Shown: positions 11,645 through 25,554 of the stretch, piece by piece | Layout of the letters: each line of letters starts with the position of its first letter | How positions within the stretch are numbered: position 1 is the stretch's first letter | Assembly (NCBI GenBank): GCA_964016885.1 | Contig: OZ024740.1 | Span: 81,344,001 to 81,408,000, forward strand | Source: Eledone cirrhosa | Lineage: Eukaryota | Reading direction: 5' to 3' | DNA: 64,000 bases | Notes under the pieces: model-generated | Seen by the model: the letters and a program-made list of their open reading frames with translations, nothing else | What the model was told of the DNA's origin: nothing | The model's database searches: none | Program-made: the position numbers and the translations under genes

Positions 11645-12945
11645 TTTGACCGGGTCATCAATTCAGTCTATTTATACATTTTGATGCCTTCCTATTTTAG
11701 TGAGAATTCTACAATGTAGCAGGGGCTAGCGGGAGAGAATAGCGGCGGTAGTAACAATGAGGCAGCGGCGGCGGGGGCGATGGCGGTGCTGTGCCAGCAG
11801 CAACTAGCAGGAGGTAGTGGGAGAGAATAGCGGCGGTAGCGATAATGAGGCAGCGGCGGTGGCAATGCGGTCGTATTACTGTAGCGATGGTGTTGAAGAT
11901 GGAGTAGAAATTTGAGTCGACTTGACCAGAGTTTTCATCGTGGCAGTGGTGGTGAAACTGGTGGTGAAATTATCTTTAGTGAAATTATCATTAGTCGCTT
12001 ATATGTGTTGACATATTTTTCTTAATATTGGAATTAAACATTTTGTTAAAACTAAAACTTGATTTCCATTATTGTTTTTTTTTAAATTTTGACCGGGTCA
12101 TCAATTCAGTCTATTTATATATTTTGATGTTTTCCTCTTTTGGTGAGAATTCTACAATGTAGCAGGGGGTAGCGGGAGAGAATAGCGGCGGTAGTAATAT
12201 TGAGGCAGCGGCGGCGGTGGTGGTGGCGGTGCTGTGCCAGCAGCAACTAGCAGCAGGTAGTGGGAGAGAGTAGCGGCGGTAGCGATAATGAGGCAGTGGT
12301 GGTGGTGATGATGTGGTCGTATTACTGTAGTGATGGTGTTGAAGTTGGAGTAGAAATTTGAGTCGACTTGATCAGAGTTTTCATCGTGGTAGTGGTGGTG
12401 GTATTGGTGGTAAATTATCTTTAGTGAAATTATCATTAGTCGCGTATATGTGTTGACATATTTTTCTTAATATTGGAATTAAACATTTTGTTAAAACTAA
12501 AACTTGATTTTGATTTTTTTTTTTTTTTTTGATTTTGACCAGGTCATCAATTCAGTCTATTTATATATTTTGATGTTTTCCTCTTTTAGTGGGAATTCTA
12601 CAATGTAGCAGGGGGTAGCGGGGGAGAATAGCGGCGGTAGTGACAATGAGGCAGCGGCGGCGGTGGCGGTGCTGTGCTAACAGCAACTAGCAGGAGGTAG
12701 TGGGAGAGAAAAGCGGCGGTAGCGATAGTGAGGCAGCGGTGCTAGTGATGTGGTCGTATTATTGTAGTGATGGTGTTGAAGTTGGAGTAAAAATTTGAGT
12801 CGACTTGACCTGAGTTTTCATCGTGGTAGTAGTGGTGGTATTGGTGATGAAATTATCTTTAGTGAAATTATCGTTAATCGCGTATATGGGTTGACATATT
12901 TTTCTCAATATTGGAATTAAACATTTTGTTAAAACTAAAACTTGA
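11645..12945. repeat. Three tandem ~440-bp monomers upstream of the Dong-like ORF
   Basis: Units begin TTTTGACC(G/A)GGTCATCAATTCAGTC at ~11645, ~12087 and ~12533 and end AAAACTAAAACTTGA; each has two internal GGGAGAGAATAGCGGCGGTAG subrepeats. Confidence 0.92.
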
Positions 12946-13359
12946 GGCAATAGTAATAGTAATTATTATTATTATGCTGAGATTGGTGGTGGTGAAATTG
13001 CCGTTATCTGGCTGTTGTGTTTAGTGTACACAGAGGGGTGATGGGGTAGGTGGTGTATCTAGTTTCTGATGTTGGTGAAATTGCTGTTATTTGGCTGTTC
13101 TATATAGTGTAGACAGAGGGGGTTTTCTTCCATTTATAACCATTTTCTTTTTTGAATATAAAATGTATGATACAAAATTGAATATTTGAGTGATATAACA
13201 ATATATTGTGGATCCGAATTTTTTGGGACTCAAGCTGGATGTTTTATGCAACATTTGTACTAAGAATTGTTATTTCACAATTGATTTAAATATGTTAAAA
13301 AATCAAAAGTTACGGGAGCGATTTCTCGACCTTCTATCCGCCATGTGTGTCTTCTTCCC

Positions 13360-13360
<1 letters not shown>

Positions 13361-13405
<45 letters not shown>
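13361..13405 (+). repeat. (ATT)n between the Dong-like 5' end and Tx1 copy 3 5' end (head to head)
   Basis: 15 perfect units. Confidence 0.98.
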
Positions 13406-13623
13406 GAATGCTATGGTTGACGGAGGCTCGGCTCTATAAGGTATTGTACATTTTGAACGCTATAGCAATTGTAAATTGTTTAAAACTTTAACCAACTTGT
13501 AGATAAAAACACCCTCCTCCTCGTGAAAGGGGTCTTTCTGCCCGTTATTTGGCCCTTCGGGGTTAAATAACTGCTTATTGGGGGTTTGTGCCCAATATTT
13601 ATTTTAAACAAAAAAAAAACAAC

Positions 13624-15731
13624 ATGGCTACGAAAAAGAATTTTCATAGGTCACTCCCACTCATTCCGTCTTCTTATTCCTCAATCGTCACTACAGCAGA
13701 GAGAAGATTGTCTCTCTCCCTCCCTTCTTTAAATGTGTCTCTCTCCCTCCCTTCTCTTTCGCAAGCGACGACAGAAAAGATAGTCTCATGCAAAGCGTGC
13801 AAGATTTCTCCACGACGACGACGATAACGACGAAACAGGTGAGCGGGAAATACGAAAACCCATTTCATTCGTCTGACGTCAGGAATAATAGCAGTAGCAG
13901 CCGTAATAACAACAGCAACAGTGACAATGAAAACAACAGTAGCAGCCGCAACAGCATCAGCAGAAGCATACACAACAACAGCATTAGCAGCAGCAACAAC
14001 AACAACCACAGCAACAGCGGCGGCGGCAGTAGTCGTAGTACCTGCAGCAACAACAAAAGTAACAGCAGCTCTGACGACAACAACAACAACAACAACAGCA
14101 GCAAAGAAAAACCAATCTCGTTTGCAGGTATCGCGAAGAACCTGGAAACAATCTTCATAACAAATGAGGAATTAGAGGAAGCGAAGAAGATGGTGACAAA
14201 GACTGGACACCGAGCAATCTGCAAGGCAGCGGAAACATTTTTCGAAACCCAACAGCACTGTACGGTCACGTACCGTACAGTAAGTACAAAATCCCGTAGG
14301 GTGGAAAGAGCCACAGAGGCTCAAATACAAAAAGCCTTGGGGTCTGTGTGGCAGCGGAAAACACACATCACCCGAGGCAAGAAATATGCCACCGTAGACG
14401 TACTTTTTGCCACACCCCAGGAGGCAAAGGCTCAATCCGTAGTGACCCTAAGGAGCGAGGAAATGGTGTTGGTGCCCTCCTACTGCGGGCAAAAAATTGT
14501 GAGGGTCAAACTGACCCACGTCCCCCACGGGATGGCCCCTTCTTGGCTGGCCGCGTCTGTCCTCGTCGGAATCGAGGACAAAACAACTGTACTGCAAGTA
14601 CAGAAAAAAGTAAGAGAAGATTGGGTTCGGTACCTCCATTGAGATGTTAATCCAAACAAACCAGGAGTGCATCGAAGCTATCCCGGATGTGATAGACTTC
14701 GATAACGGCACTCAACTGCCCATAAGTGTTGAAGGCAAACGCCCGAAATGCTTTCGCTGTGGATCGAAGACTCACCTCAGGGCCTTCTGCAACGAGAAGA
14801 CCCTGAGAAAGGAGAAAACGCCCCTCCTTCGGAAACCGGCTCCACGGCTACCAGCAACAGGACAAGCGGCAACCAGGAACGATAGGTCCGTGGCACCCAT
14901 ACCCACGCCACGGAAATCAAAAACAGCAGCAGCAGTGGAAGTATTAACAATAACAACAACAGCAATACCAAATGCAGCTGCAATAGAGACTCCAGTGCAA
15001 ACATCACCAACAACAACAATTGAAAGAGTGGAGCTGGTACCCCTCCCCGAGCTCACAGAATCAGACATGGAGTGTGAGGTGGGAGAGGGATGGCAAAAGG
15101 TCGTAAGAAGGCACAAACGCAGAAGCAGCGCAACGTCGCCTTTGAAAAGGGAGGAAAGAAATGAAAAAAGGGTAAAGTTTACTGCAAAGAGACCCACAGC
15201 AGCAACAACACCAACACCATCACCACCCACACTAGCACCACCATCACCACAGGCGACAACCCCACCGCCAACAACACCTTCAACACCACCACCACAATCA
15301 CCAACATCGCAAACACAACAACAAAATACACACACCCAGCAACAACGACAAGAAAATAGCAGAACCACTAGCCACCCCCAGAAAAACAAATGCACGGCAA
15401 TAAATACACACGACAAGAAACTAATGACTTACATAATTGAACACACAGACATTTCACAACACGACTACATAATACCAGCACCAATCAAAACGCCAACTAA
15501 CATAAGACTGCTAAAAATAGCACAGAAACAATACACAAACATTATAACGAAATTCCCCAACGCAGTTGGTGATTTCAGAGACCTAGGAGGAATATCAACC
15601 GAAGAGTATATTCGGACATACTCATAGAAGAGCCGACGACCAGCCGAAGGGACGATTCAACGGTCCCTTCACCAGACGATCAAGTGAAAAGGGATGGAAA
15701 AACCATCCCTCCACTACGAAAAGTACGGTAA
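13624..15731 (+). pseudogene. Tx1 ORF1 variant B, frameshifted
   Basis: ORFs 13788-14642 and 14644-15627; CFRCGSKTHLRAFC knuckle; homologous to but clearly divergent from type A ORF1; start position uncertain. Confidence 0.8.
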
Positions 15732-15765
15732 GTGGTCTTTCCCATCTTTTCCACTCCTTTTCAAC

Positions 15766-18700
15766 ATGACCTCACTCAGAATAGGCAGCATAAATGCGCG
15801 TGGCTTGGGGTCGTCATGTAAGCAGGTTTACCTGCTCAACGACCTCAGGTCACTAAACATAGATGTAGTGGCCATCAGCGAGACCAGAATCTCCGAAGCA
15901 CGGGCCTTCGCCCCGATCTTCGGCGGCTACGATGTGTACGCATCTCCCAGACGTCCTGGATCGGGGGGATGAGTTGCTGTGCTTTTTCGGAGAGGTTTGG
16001 ATCTCGCCATACGGGCCATCTTCCTGGACCCAGAGGGTAAGTTGGTGGTGCCGGACGTGACCAGCGGAGACGGGAAAGCTTTCAGGCTAGTGGCCGTCTA
16101 TGCCCCGACAGGAGCAGGGCGGCCTGATTTCTTCCGGCGTCTGGAGACCTTTCTTGGAACGTCCCGCTCTTTAGTGTTAGTGGGCGACTGGAACGGGATC
16201 TTAGATGCACGCTGGGACTGTGTGGGATTAGCGGATAGGGGTGGAGGGTGCAAGAGCCTCACCAACCTGCTCAGGCGTTTTGAACTGTCTGACAGGTACC
16301 GATTGGATTTCCCGAATATGCCAATCTGGACTTGGACAAATCGCATAGGGTCATCCAAATCATATCTAGATAGAGTATTTTGTAGGGAAATAGATAGGTC
16401 TAGCATAGGCTGTCCACAATTCAAGATAGTCAGCTACACGGACCACAAATTCGTGATCTGTGTGCTTGACTTAGATAGGCTTCATAGACGAGGACCCGGC
16501 TACTGGAAGCTAAACGCGTACTTACCAGTGCGCAAGGCCTACAGAGATCGGATTAGCGAACTAGTTAAGCGGGCGTTGACGGGTGCCATCGTCAACAACA
16601 AGTGGTGGTTTGCTCTGAAAAGGGCGATTAGAATAGAATCGATTAGGTTTAGTAAGGCTTTAGCAATAGAGAAAACTAGAGCAGAGGGAGAACTAGTTAG
16701 AAAATTAGACGAAGCGCTTAGCAAAGGATTTGAGACCGACGTGCTTGCGGCGAAATTGGCCCTTGACCAATTCTTCAATGAAAAGCACGAAGGCTCTGTT
16801 GTCAGAGCAAGGGTGCGTGCTCTCAGACGCGAGGGAACGAAAGCCGATCAATGGGCCCGAGTGGCGGAGGCGCGTCGTGGCAACAAAGCCACGATCCGGT
16901 CTTTGGTGGACCACGACGGGCGCATGCTACTCGATCCCGGGAAAATGTGTGAAGCTTTTCAGCGACACTTCGCTCAGCTGTTCGGGGGCAGCGGTGGGCC
17001 GGGTAGAGGGATGGACTTTAGTGTCTACCTCGACGGACTGCCGCGGCTGTCGGCCACTGAGGCGGAGCGTTGCGAAAAGCCGATAACAGCCGCTGAAGTA
17101 AGGGAGGCAATGGCTGGCTGCACAAGGGGTAAATCGCCTGGTTTGGATGGTCTGGTCTATGATCTTTACGTACAGATGCCAGACTTGTTCGGAGGCCTCT
17201 TGGCGGACGTCTACTGCAACTGGCAATAGAACGGGAGAATTCCCAGCTCTGTGAGCCGAGGAGCGGTGGCACTGCTGAGAAAGGATCCGAACAAGGGGGA
17301 TAACAGATAATTTCAGGCCCATAACTCTGCTAAACACAGAGTTCAAGATTTTGGCCAAGGTGCTAGCAAAGAGGTTGGCGCTTGTCGTTGGTGGTCTGGT
17401 GGGAGAGGCGCGGACAGGCGCCATTCCCGACAGATCCATCCACGACAACCTCCACCTCATGCGATACATTGTAGAGAGGGTAGCTAGGGAACCTGGCACG
17501 GATGGGTCCTTGATCAATTTAGATCAGTCGAAAGCTTTCGATAGGGTCGACCATCGTCACCTAGCGGCAGTCCTGAGGGCGGCTGGGTTTGGGCCCGTCT
17601 TCAGAGGCTGGATCGCTGCCATGCACAGCGACATCTGCTCTGTATGTGAGAGTGAACGGTCACCTGTCGGAATCGTTCAACATCATGCGCTCGGTCCGCC
17701 AAGGATGTCCCCTCTCGTCCCTCTTGTACGTATTGACTCTCGAGCCATTACTGCACAAACTGGAGACGTTGAGGGGCGTCCCGCGCGAACTAGGATGCAG
17801 AAGATTCGTGTCAGTATATGCGGACGATGTCACCGTAGTGGTGTCGAACGCCAAACACATCGAGGCGATCGGCACTACACTAAGAGAATACGAAGTGGTG
17901 ACAGGAGCAATGATCAACCAGGAAAAGTCAGTGGGCCTGCAGCTCGGCACCTGGAGAGGCAGGTCCATGCCGTCCAACAGCGTCGTCGGACGCTGGACGG
18001 ACGGACCGGTTTAATTGCTAGGGGTCTGGTTCGGTCCGGACATCCAGACGGACAAAAACTGGGACGAGGTGACGAGCAGGGTGGCTTCTCTCACCCAGAA
18101 ATGGGCCGAGAGGAAGCTATCCCTGAAAGGTCGAGTGGAGGTGGCTAACGCGTACATCGCGTCCGTCATCTGCTACCGGCTGACCGTCGTACCTTGTCCT
18201 AAGCCTCGCCTGACTGTGCTGGAGCGTTTGCTCTTTCGCTTTTTGTGGAAGGGACGCGCTCCGATGGTCAGGCGGTCCATCTGTTGTTAACACCCGCTAC
18301 GTGGAGGGCTGGGCATGCCGTGGCTGATGATGCGCAGGCACGCGCTCAGGCTACGACATCTCCACCTCTTCCTCGACGGTGATCAGGTGTGGTCGCCGTT
18401 TGCTAGACGCGTGTTTCCCCAGCTCGTTTCCTTGACGGAGCTGCAGTCCTGGGTCAAGCGAAGACCGAGAGGGAGCGCCTGGAGACTGGAATGTCTTCAG
18501 GCGCTCACAGCCCTCGACCAATCGGGCAATGTGATCGGTGGAAACTCCACCTCGGCGTTCTATAGAGGATTAGTGGAGGGGAAGAGCGACGACGTACTTG
18601 GGGAAACTCTAGGCGTCGACGAAAATCAACTAGCCAATCTCTTCGGAAGAACTTTCGGGCCAGGGCCTATGGACAACTTCCAGAAATCTCTGGCCTGGCA

Positions 18701-19184
18701 GTGCTACCGAGGAGCCTTGCCAGTTCGGGATAAACTCTACAGGCATGGAGGTGCCGTCAGCCGGGCATGTCCGAGATGCGCGCAGGGCGACGAAACCGTC
18801 CTGCACGCACTCGTCCAGTGTCCGAAAATTGCTGACTTGTGGGTTTATGTCGAACACCTGCTGTCGCGTTTAGGACGGATCCGGCTATCATCTGAGTCCA
18901 TCGTGAGGATTGCCCCGCCCTCCTCCTCTAGCCGGGAAGGGCAGGCAGTTTTTATCTGCCTGGTGGCCATGGCGAAAGAGATAGTATGGTGGACACGTTT
19001 GAAAGGGCTGAAGACGAACACTTACCTCTTCGGTGATGCTCTGATTGACTTTTTCAAATTTCATTTGAAAAGGAAAATCAGAGTAGAGAGGGAAGTGCTC
19101 TCTTCCCAGCATTTTGTTGAAAGATGGGTGAGAGAAGCAAGAATGGCCCGAGTGAATGGGCCTACTCTGAGCATATATCTGTAA
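15766..19184 (+). pseudogene. Tx1 ORF2 copy 3, disrupted
   Basis: Same APE/RT/Zn motifs; stops near 15970, 17227, 18012 and 18288 plus frameshifts. Confidence 0.92.
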
Positions 19185-19446
19185 ATTAAAGGTGGAAAAC
19201 TGGGAGAGGGCACTTGCCTTGGTGGTCAGGGTCATTGTGGCTTTTTACTGGGCTTTCTCCACAAATGTACCTCCGAAGTCTCCCCCCTATTGGGGAATTT
19301 TTCATTGTTATTTTCATTGTTATTTTTGTTACATTCTCTGTTTTTGTTTTTTTACACGCAGAAATGCCCATTTGTACCGTCCTGCATTGTCCTGCACTGT
19401 CCTTAATGTCTACTTTATGTAAACCCTTGTGGTTAATAAAGAAATC

Positions 19447-19628
19447 ATTATTATTATTATTATTAGTATTATTGTTATTATTATTATTATTATTATTTTT
19501 TTTTTTCGTTATTTTATTACATCCTCTGTTTTTCTTACACTCAGACATGCCAATTTGTACCGTCCTTTATTGTCCTGTACTGTCCTTAATGTCTATTTTA
19601 TGTAAACCCTTGTGGTTAATAAAGAAAA

Positions 19629-19683
<55 letters not shown>
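19447..19683 (+). repeat. (ATT)n tracts (19447-19497, 19630-19683) enclosing a 5'-truncated Tx1 3'UTR stub (19498-19629)
   Basis: The stub matches the last ~130 nt of the Tx1 3'UTR, including AATAAAGAAAAC. Confidence 0.92.
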
Positions 19684-22600
19684 GGCGACCTACGTAGTAA
19701 ATCGTATCATCGTGAGCTCCGCAAAGGTTTGTTATTTTCAGTTATTTAAAATTGCGATTTATGGAAACATTTTATTGTTAACTATATATAAGTGCACATA
19801 CACTGATTTCTGAAAAGGACACTCAAAAAAATTGGGGCCTTGAGCCCAAAATTTAAACTTTTTATAATTATCAAATAAAACATTTTTTCTTTGAAAAATA
19901 ATGGATGACTCAGATTCACTCCTTCCTCACAATTCAACACCTCAAACCGACACCACCATTGTAAACATTGCTACGTTTGCCAACACTGGAATTGTAAGCA
20001 GTAGCAATATTTTTAATTTGTCTCAGGCAGACGTTCATTTCCCGCCATTACCAATGACTGCAGGTGTTAAAGCCGCCATCCCCCCCCCCCCCCCCCCCAC
20101 CGCGACAAACCCCCCCCCCCACACCACCACCACCGCCACAGCGACAACAGAAACAAAAGAAAAAAAAATTAACTCATGATATCGAAATGAATTCAACCAA
20201 AATGAACTCTTCCACACCGAACACCACTGAAGCCACCACCACCACAACTGAAACTAAAATTAACAATAGCAAAAATAACGATAATAACAACAGCAACAAG
20301 GAAATTAAGAAAACTGCCCTGACTTTTGCCAGAGTAGCAAAAACGTGCGAAGCGATCCAGGTAACTCAGGAAGAATTAGACGAAGCTAAAGGAATGGTAA
20401 AGAAAGATGGGTACAGGGTCAGCCTCACCCCCACCTAATAAAATGGAGCAACGTCGCCTATGCACCGTCTTATCGGACAATAAACATAAAATCGCGCCGA
20501 GTGGAACGGGCATCTGAGTCCCAAATCCAAAAAGCTTTCGGACATGTGTGGGCAAAAAACCCCCACATCAGACGTGGGAAGAAGTATGGAACCGTGGACA
20601 TGTTCTTTGAAACACTACAGGAGGCCAGAGAACATCCATGGCCCCATTAAGAAGTGACGACTTCACACTCATCCCAAGCTATTGTGGCCAGAGACTTGTT
20701 AAGATCAGGGTGATCCACGTTCCAACTGCCATCGAAATTCCCTGGCTAATGGCGCCCATCCTCGCCGGCATCGAGGCTAACACCAAAATAATAGAAATAG
20801 CAACAGTAAAGCAGGAGAACTGGTCCGGATCTGGGATGGAGCTCCTGATGTAAGCGGACCATAAAAGCATTGAGGAGATCCCAGAGGTAATAGACCTCAC
20901 TGACAGCAGCCACCTCACCGTAATCGTCGAGGGCAGAAGACCTAGGTGTGTCGTTTGTGGTGAAGGAACCCACCTAAGGGCTTTCTGCCCTCAGGATAAA
21001 AGGTTGAGGCCACCTCTTTTACCCACCCCAGTGACTCAACCATCAGCACCACCAGCAGCAGAAATAGCAGCAGCAACTGTAGCAGCAACAACAGAAGCAA
21101 CTGTAGCAGCAACAACCCCAGCAACAGTAGCAAACCAAATCACCACCACCACCCAACGCCCCAGAACTAGCACCAGCACCTACACCATCCACCACGCCAC
21201 AACCAAAACCAACGCCTGTGGAGGATTTTCTACTCCCCGGCTTATCGCAACTGGAGACAGATTGTAACGACAAGGAGTGGGAAACGGTATCAGGAAAAAA
21301 AAAAAAAGAAACCCAAAAAAGAAAAAAATTTCTTCCTTCCCCCTCAAAAAACAAAATACAGAGGGAAACAAATAAATTATCGAACAAGAAAGTTAAGACA
21401 GATATGCCACCATCCACACCAGCATCACCAACCCATCACCACAAATACCAACACCATCACCATCATTAACCCCAACAACACAATCACCAACACCACAAAA
21501 GTCACCAAAAAGCGGAACAGAAACAAACCCACAACAAACGCAAACAAAACAAAACAACTAAAACGATACACACTACACAGCATTAAATTTGAACAACAAG
21601 CAATTATTACACTACATCCAACACAACACCAGCATCACAGAAAAAGACTACACAACAACCCAAAAGTTGACACCACCTCCACACATACTAATCACTCGCA
21701 TCACACAGAAAACGTACACGACAATAAAACCAAAATTCCCCAAATACATCGGAGACTTCCGACAAGCACTCTCCAGGAGGATTTATAAGGACATCCTTCC
21801 GGAGGACGCCACAAGCAGTGAAAAGGATGGAGAAACGATCCTTCCTCTACGAGAAGTAAGGTAAGTGGTCTTCCCCATCTTTTCCATTCCATTTCAACAT
21901 GACCTCACTCAGAAAGGGCAGTATAAATGCGCGTGGCTTGGGGTCGTCATGGAAGAAGGGTCACCTGCTCAACGACCTCAGGTCACTAAACATAGATGTA
22001 ATGGCCATCAGCGTGACAAGATTCTCCGAAGCACGGGCCTTCGCACCGAACTTCGGCGGCTACGAAGTGTACGCATCTCCCAGCCCTCCGGGATCGGGGG
22101 GAGGAGTTGCTGTGCTTTTTCGGAGAGGTTTGGATCTCGCCATACGGGCAATCTTCCTGGACCCAGAAGGTAAGTTGGTGGTGCTGGACGTGACCAGCGG
22201 AAACGGGCAAGCTTTCAGGCTAGTGGCCGTCTATGCCCCGACAGGAGCAGGGCGGCCTGATTTCTTCCGGCGTCTGGAGACCTTTTTTGGTACGTCCGCT
22301 CTTTAGTGTTAGTGGGCGACTGGAACGGGATCTTAGATGCACGCTGGGACTGTGTGAGATAAGCGGATAGGGGAGGAGGGTGCAAGAGCCTCACCAACCT
22401 GCTCAGGAGTTTTGACCTGTCTGATATGTACCGATTGGATTTCCCGAATGTGCAATGTGGACTTGGACAAATCGCATAGGGTCATCCAGATCATATCTAG
22501 ATAGAGTATTTTGTAGGGAAATAGATAGGTCTAGCATAGGCTGTCCACAATTCAAGATAGTCAGCTACACGGACCACAAATTCGTGATCTGTGTGCTTGA

Positions 22601-25553
22601 CTTAGATAGGCTTCATAGACGAGGACCCGGCTACTGGAAGCTTAACACGTCCTTACCAGCCCGCAAGGCCTATAGAGACCAAATTAGCGAACTAGTTAAG
22701 CGGGCGTTGACGGGGGCCATCGTCAACAACAAGTGGTGGTTTGCTCTCAAAAGAGCGATTAGAATAGAATCCATTAGGTTTAGTAAGGCTTTAGCAATAG
22801 AGAAAAATAGAGCAGAGGGAGAATTAGTTAGAAAATTCGACGAGGTGCTTAGCAAAGGCATTGCGACCGACGTACTTGCAGCGAAATTGGCCCTTGACCA
22901 ATTCTTCAATGAAAAGCACGAAGGCTGCGTTGTCAGAGCTAGGGTGCGTGCTCTCAGACACGTGGGGACGAAAGCCGTTCAATGGGCCCGAGTGGCGGAG
23001 CCGCATCGTTGCAACAAAGCCACGATCCGGTGGACCACGATGGGCGCATGCTACTCGATCCCGGGCAAATGTGTGGACTTTTCAGCGACACTTCGCTCAG
23101 TTGTTCGGGGGCAGCGGCGGGCCGGATCGAGGGATGAATTTTAGTGTCTACCTAACGGCCTGCCGCGGCTCTCGGCCACTGAGGCGGAGTGTTGCGAAAA
23201 GCCGATAACAGCCGCTGAAGTACGGGAGTCAATGACTAGCTGCACAAGGGGTAAATCTCCTGGTTTGGATGGTCTGCCCTATGAACTTTACGTACAGATG
23301 CCAGACTTGTTCGGAGGCCTCTAGGCGGACGTCTACTACAACTGGCAACAGAACGGAAGAATTCCCAGCTTTGTGAGCTGAGGAGCGGTGGTGCTGCTGA
23401 GAAAGGATCCGAACAAGGGGGATAACATAGATAATTTCCGGCCCATATCTCTGCTAAACACAGAGTTCAAGATTTTGGCCAAGGTGCTAGCAAATAGGTT
23501 GGCGCTTGTTGTTGGTGGTCTGGTAGGAGAGGCGCAGACATGCGCCATTCCCGACAGATCCATCCACGACAACCTCCACCTCATGCGATACATCGTAGAG
23601 AATGTAGCTAGGGAAACTGGCACGGGTGGGTCCTTGATCAATTTAGATCAGTCGAAAGCTTTCGATAGGGTCGACCATCGTTACCTAGCGGCAGTTGAGG
23701 GCGGCTGGCTTTGGGCCCGTCTTCAGAGACTGGATCGCTGCCATGCACAGCGACATCTGCTGTGTGGTGAGAGTGAACGGTCATCTTTCGGAACCGTTCA
23801 ACATCATGCGGTCGGTCCGCCAAGGATGTCCCCTCTCGTCCCTCTTGTACGTATTGACTCTCGAGCCATTACTGCACAATCTGGAGACGTTGAGGGGATC
23901 CCGCGCGAACTAGGAAGCGGAAGATCCGTGTCAGCATATGCGTACGATGTCACCGTAGTGGTGTCGAACGCCAAACGCATCGAGGCGATCGGCACTACAC
24001 TAAGAGAATACGAAGCGGTGACAGGAGCAGTGATCAACCAGGAAAAGTCAGTGGGCTTGCAGCTCGGCACCTGGAGAGGCAGGTCCATGCCGTCCAACAG
24101 CGTCGTCGGACGCTGGACGGACGGACGAGTTAAATTGCTCGAGGTCTGTTTCGCTTCGGATCTCCAGACGGACAAAAACTGGGACGAGGTGAGGAGCAGG
24201 GTGGCTTTTCTCACCCAGAAATTGGCCGGGAAGAAGCTATCCCTGAAAGGTCGAGCGGAGGTGACTAACGCGTATATCGCGTCCATCATCTACTACCGCC
24301 TGACCGTCGTACCTTGTCTTAAGCCCCGCCTGACTACGCTGGAGCGTTTGCACTTTCGCTTTTTGTGGAATGGACGCGCTCCGATGCTCAGGCGGTCCAT
24401 CTGCTGTCAACACACGCTACGTGGAGGGTTGGCAATGCCGTGGCTGATGATGCGCAGACACGCGCTCAGGCTACGACATCTCCACCCCTTCCTCGACGGT
24501 GATCAGGTGTGTTCTCCGTTTGCTAGACACGTATTTCCCCAGCTCGTCTCCTTGACGGAGCTGCAGTCCTGGGTCAAGCGAAGACCGAGAGGGAGCGCTT
24601 GGAGACTGGAATGTCTTCAGGCGCTCACAGCCCTCGACCAATCGGGCAATGTGATCGGTGGAAACTCCACCTTGGCGTTCTATAGAGTATTAGTTGAGGG
24701 GAAGAACGACGACGTACTTGGGGAAACTCTAGGCGTCGACGAAAATCAACTAGCCAATCTCTTCGGAAGGTCTTTCGGGCCGGGGCCTATGGACAACTTC
24801 CAGAAATACCTGGCCTGGCAGTGCTACCGAGGAGCTTTGCCAGTTCGGGATAAACTCTACAGGCATGGAGGTGCCGTCAGCCGGGCGTGTCCGACATGCG
24901 CGCAGGGCGACGAAACCGTCCTGCACGCACTCGTCCAGTGTTCGAGCATTGCTGACTTGTGGGTTTATGTCGAACACCTGCTGTCGCGTGTGGGACGGAT
25001 CCTGCTATCAGCTGAGTCCATCGTGAGGATTGCCCTGCCCACTTCCTTTAGCCGGGAAGGGCAGGCAGTTTTTATCTGTCTGGTGGCCATGGCGAAAGAG
25101 ATAGTATGGTGGACACGTTTGAAAGGGCTGAAGACGAGCATGTACCCCTTCGTTGAGGCCCTGATTAACTTTTTCAAATTTCATTCGAAAAGGAAAATCA
25201 GGGTAGAAAGGGAAGTGCTCTCTTCCCAGCATTTTGTTGAAAGATGGGTGAGAGAGGCAAGAATGGCCCGAGTGAATCGGCCTACTCTGAGTATATATCT
25301 GTAAATTAAAGGTGGAAAACTGGGAGAGGGCACTTGCCCTGGTGGTCAGGCTCACTGTGGCTTTTTAATGGGCTTTCTCCAACAATATCCCTCGGAAGTC
25401 TCCCTCCTATTGGGGAATTTTTTCATTGTTCTATTATTACATCCTCTGTTTCTTGTTTTTTACACGCAGAAATGCCCATTTGTACCGTCCTGTATTGTCC
25501 TGTACTGTCCTTAATGTCTACTTTATGTAAACCCTTGTGGCTAATAAAGAAAA

Positions 25554-25554
<1 letters not shown>
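19684..25554 (+). mobile_element. Full-length Tx1 copy 4 (5' type A), more degraded
   Basis: Begins GGCGACCTACG; ORF1 remnant 19901-21864, ORF2 remnant 21899-25304 with many frameshifts. Confidence 0.92.

Larger units (their letters stand above)
7830..13360 (-). mobile_element. R4/Dong-like RLE non-LTR retrotransposon copy 1, probably full length
   Basis: Flanked by (TAA)n on both sides on the - strand; single RT-CCHC-RLE ORF. The 5' boundary is inferred from the next (ATT)n tract and is less certain than the 3' end. Confidence 0.8.
13406..19446 (+). mobile_element. Full-length Tx1 copy 3 (5' type B: different 5'UTR and ORF1)
   Basis: Begins GAATGCTATGG after (ATT)n; ORF2 and 3'UTR near-identical to the other copies; ends AATAAAGAAATC then (ATT)n. 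Confidence 0.92.

Noticed and set aside
11645-12945. CRISPR-like array or coding repeat
   Set aside because: Whole monomers are repeated with no unique spacers, no cas genes, a eukaryotic context and no ORF conserved across monomers.
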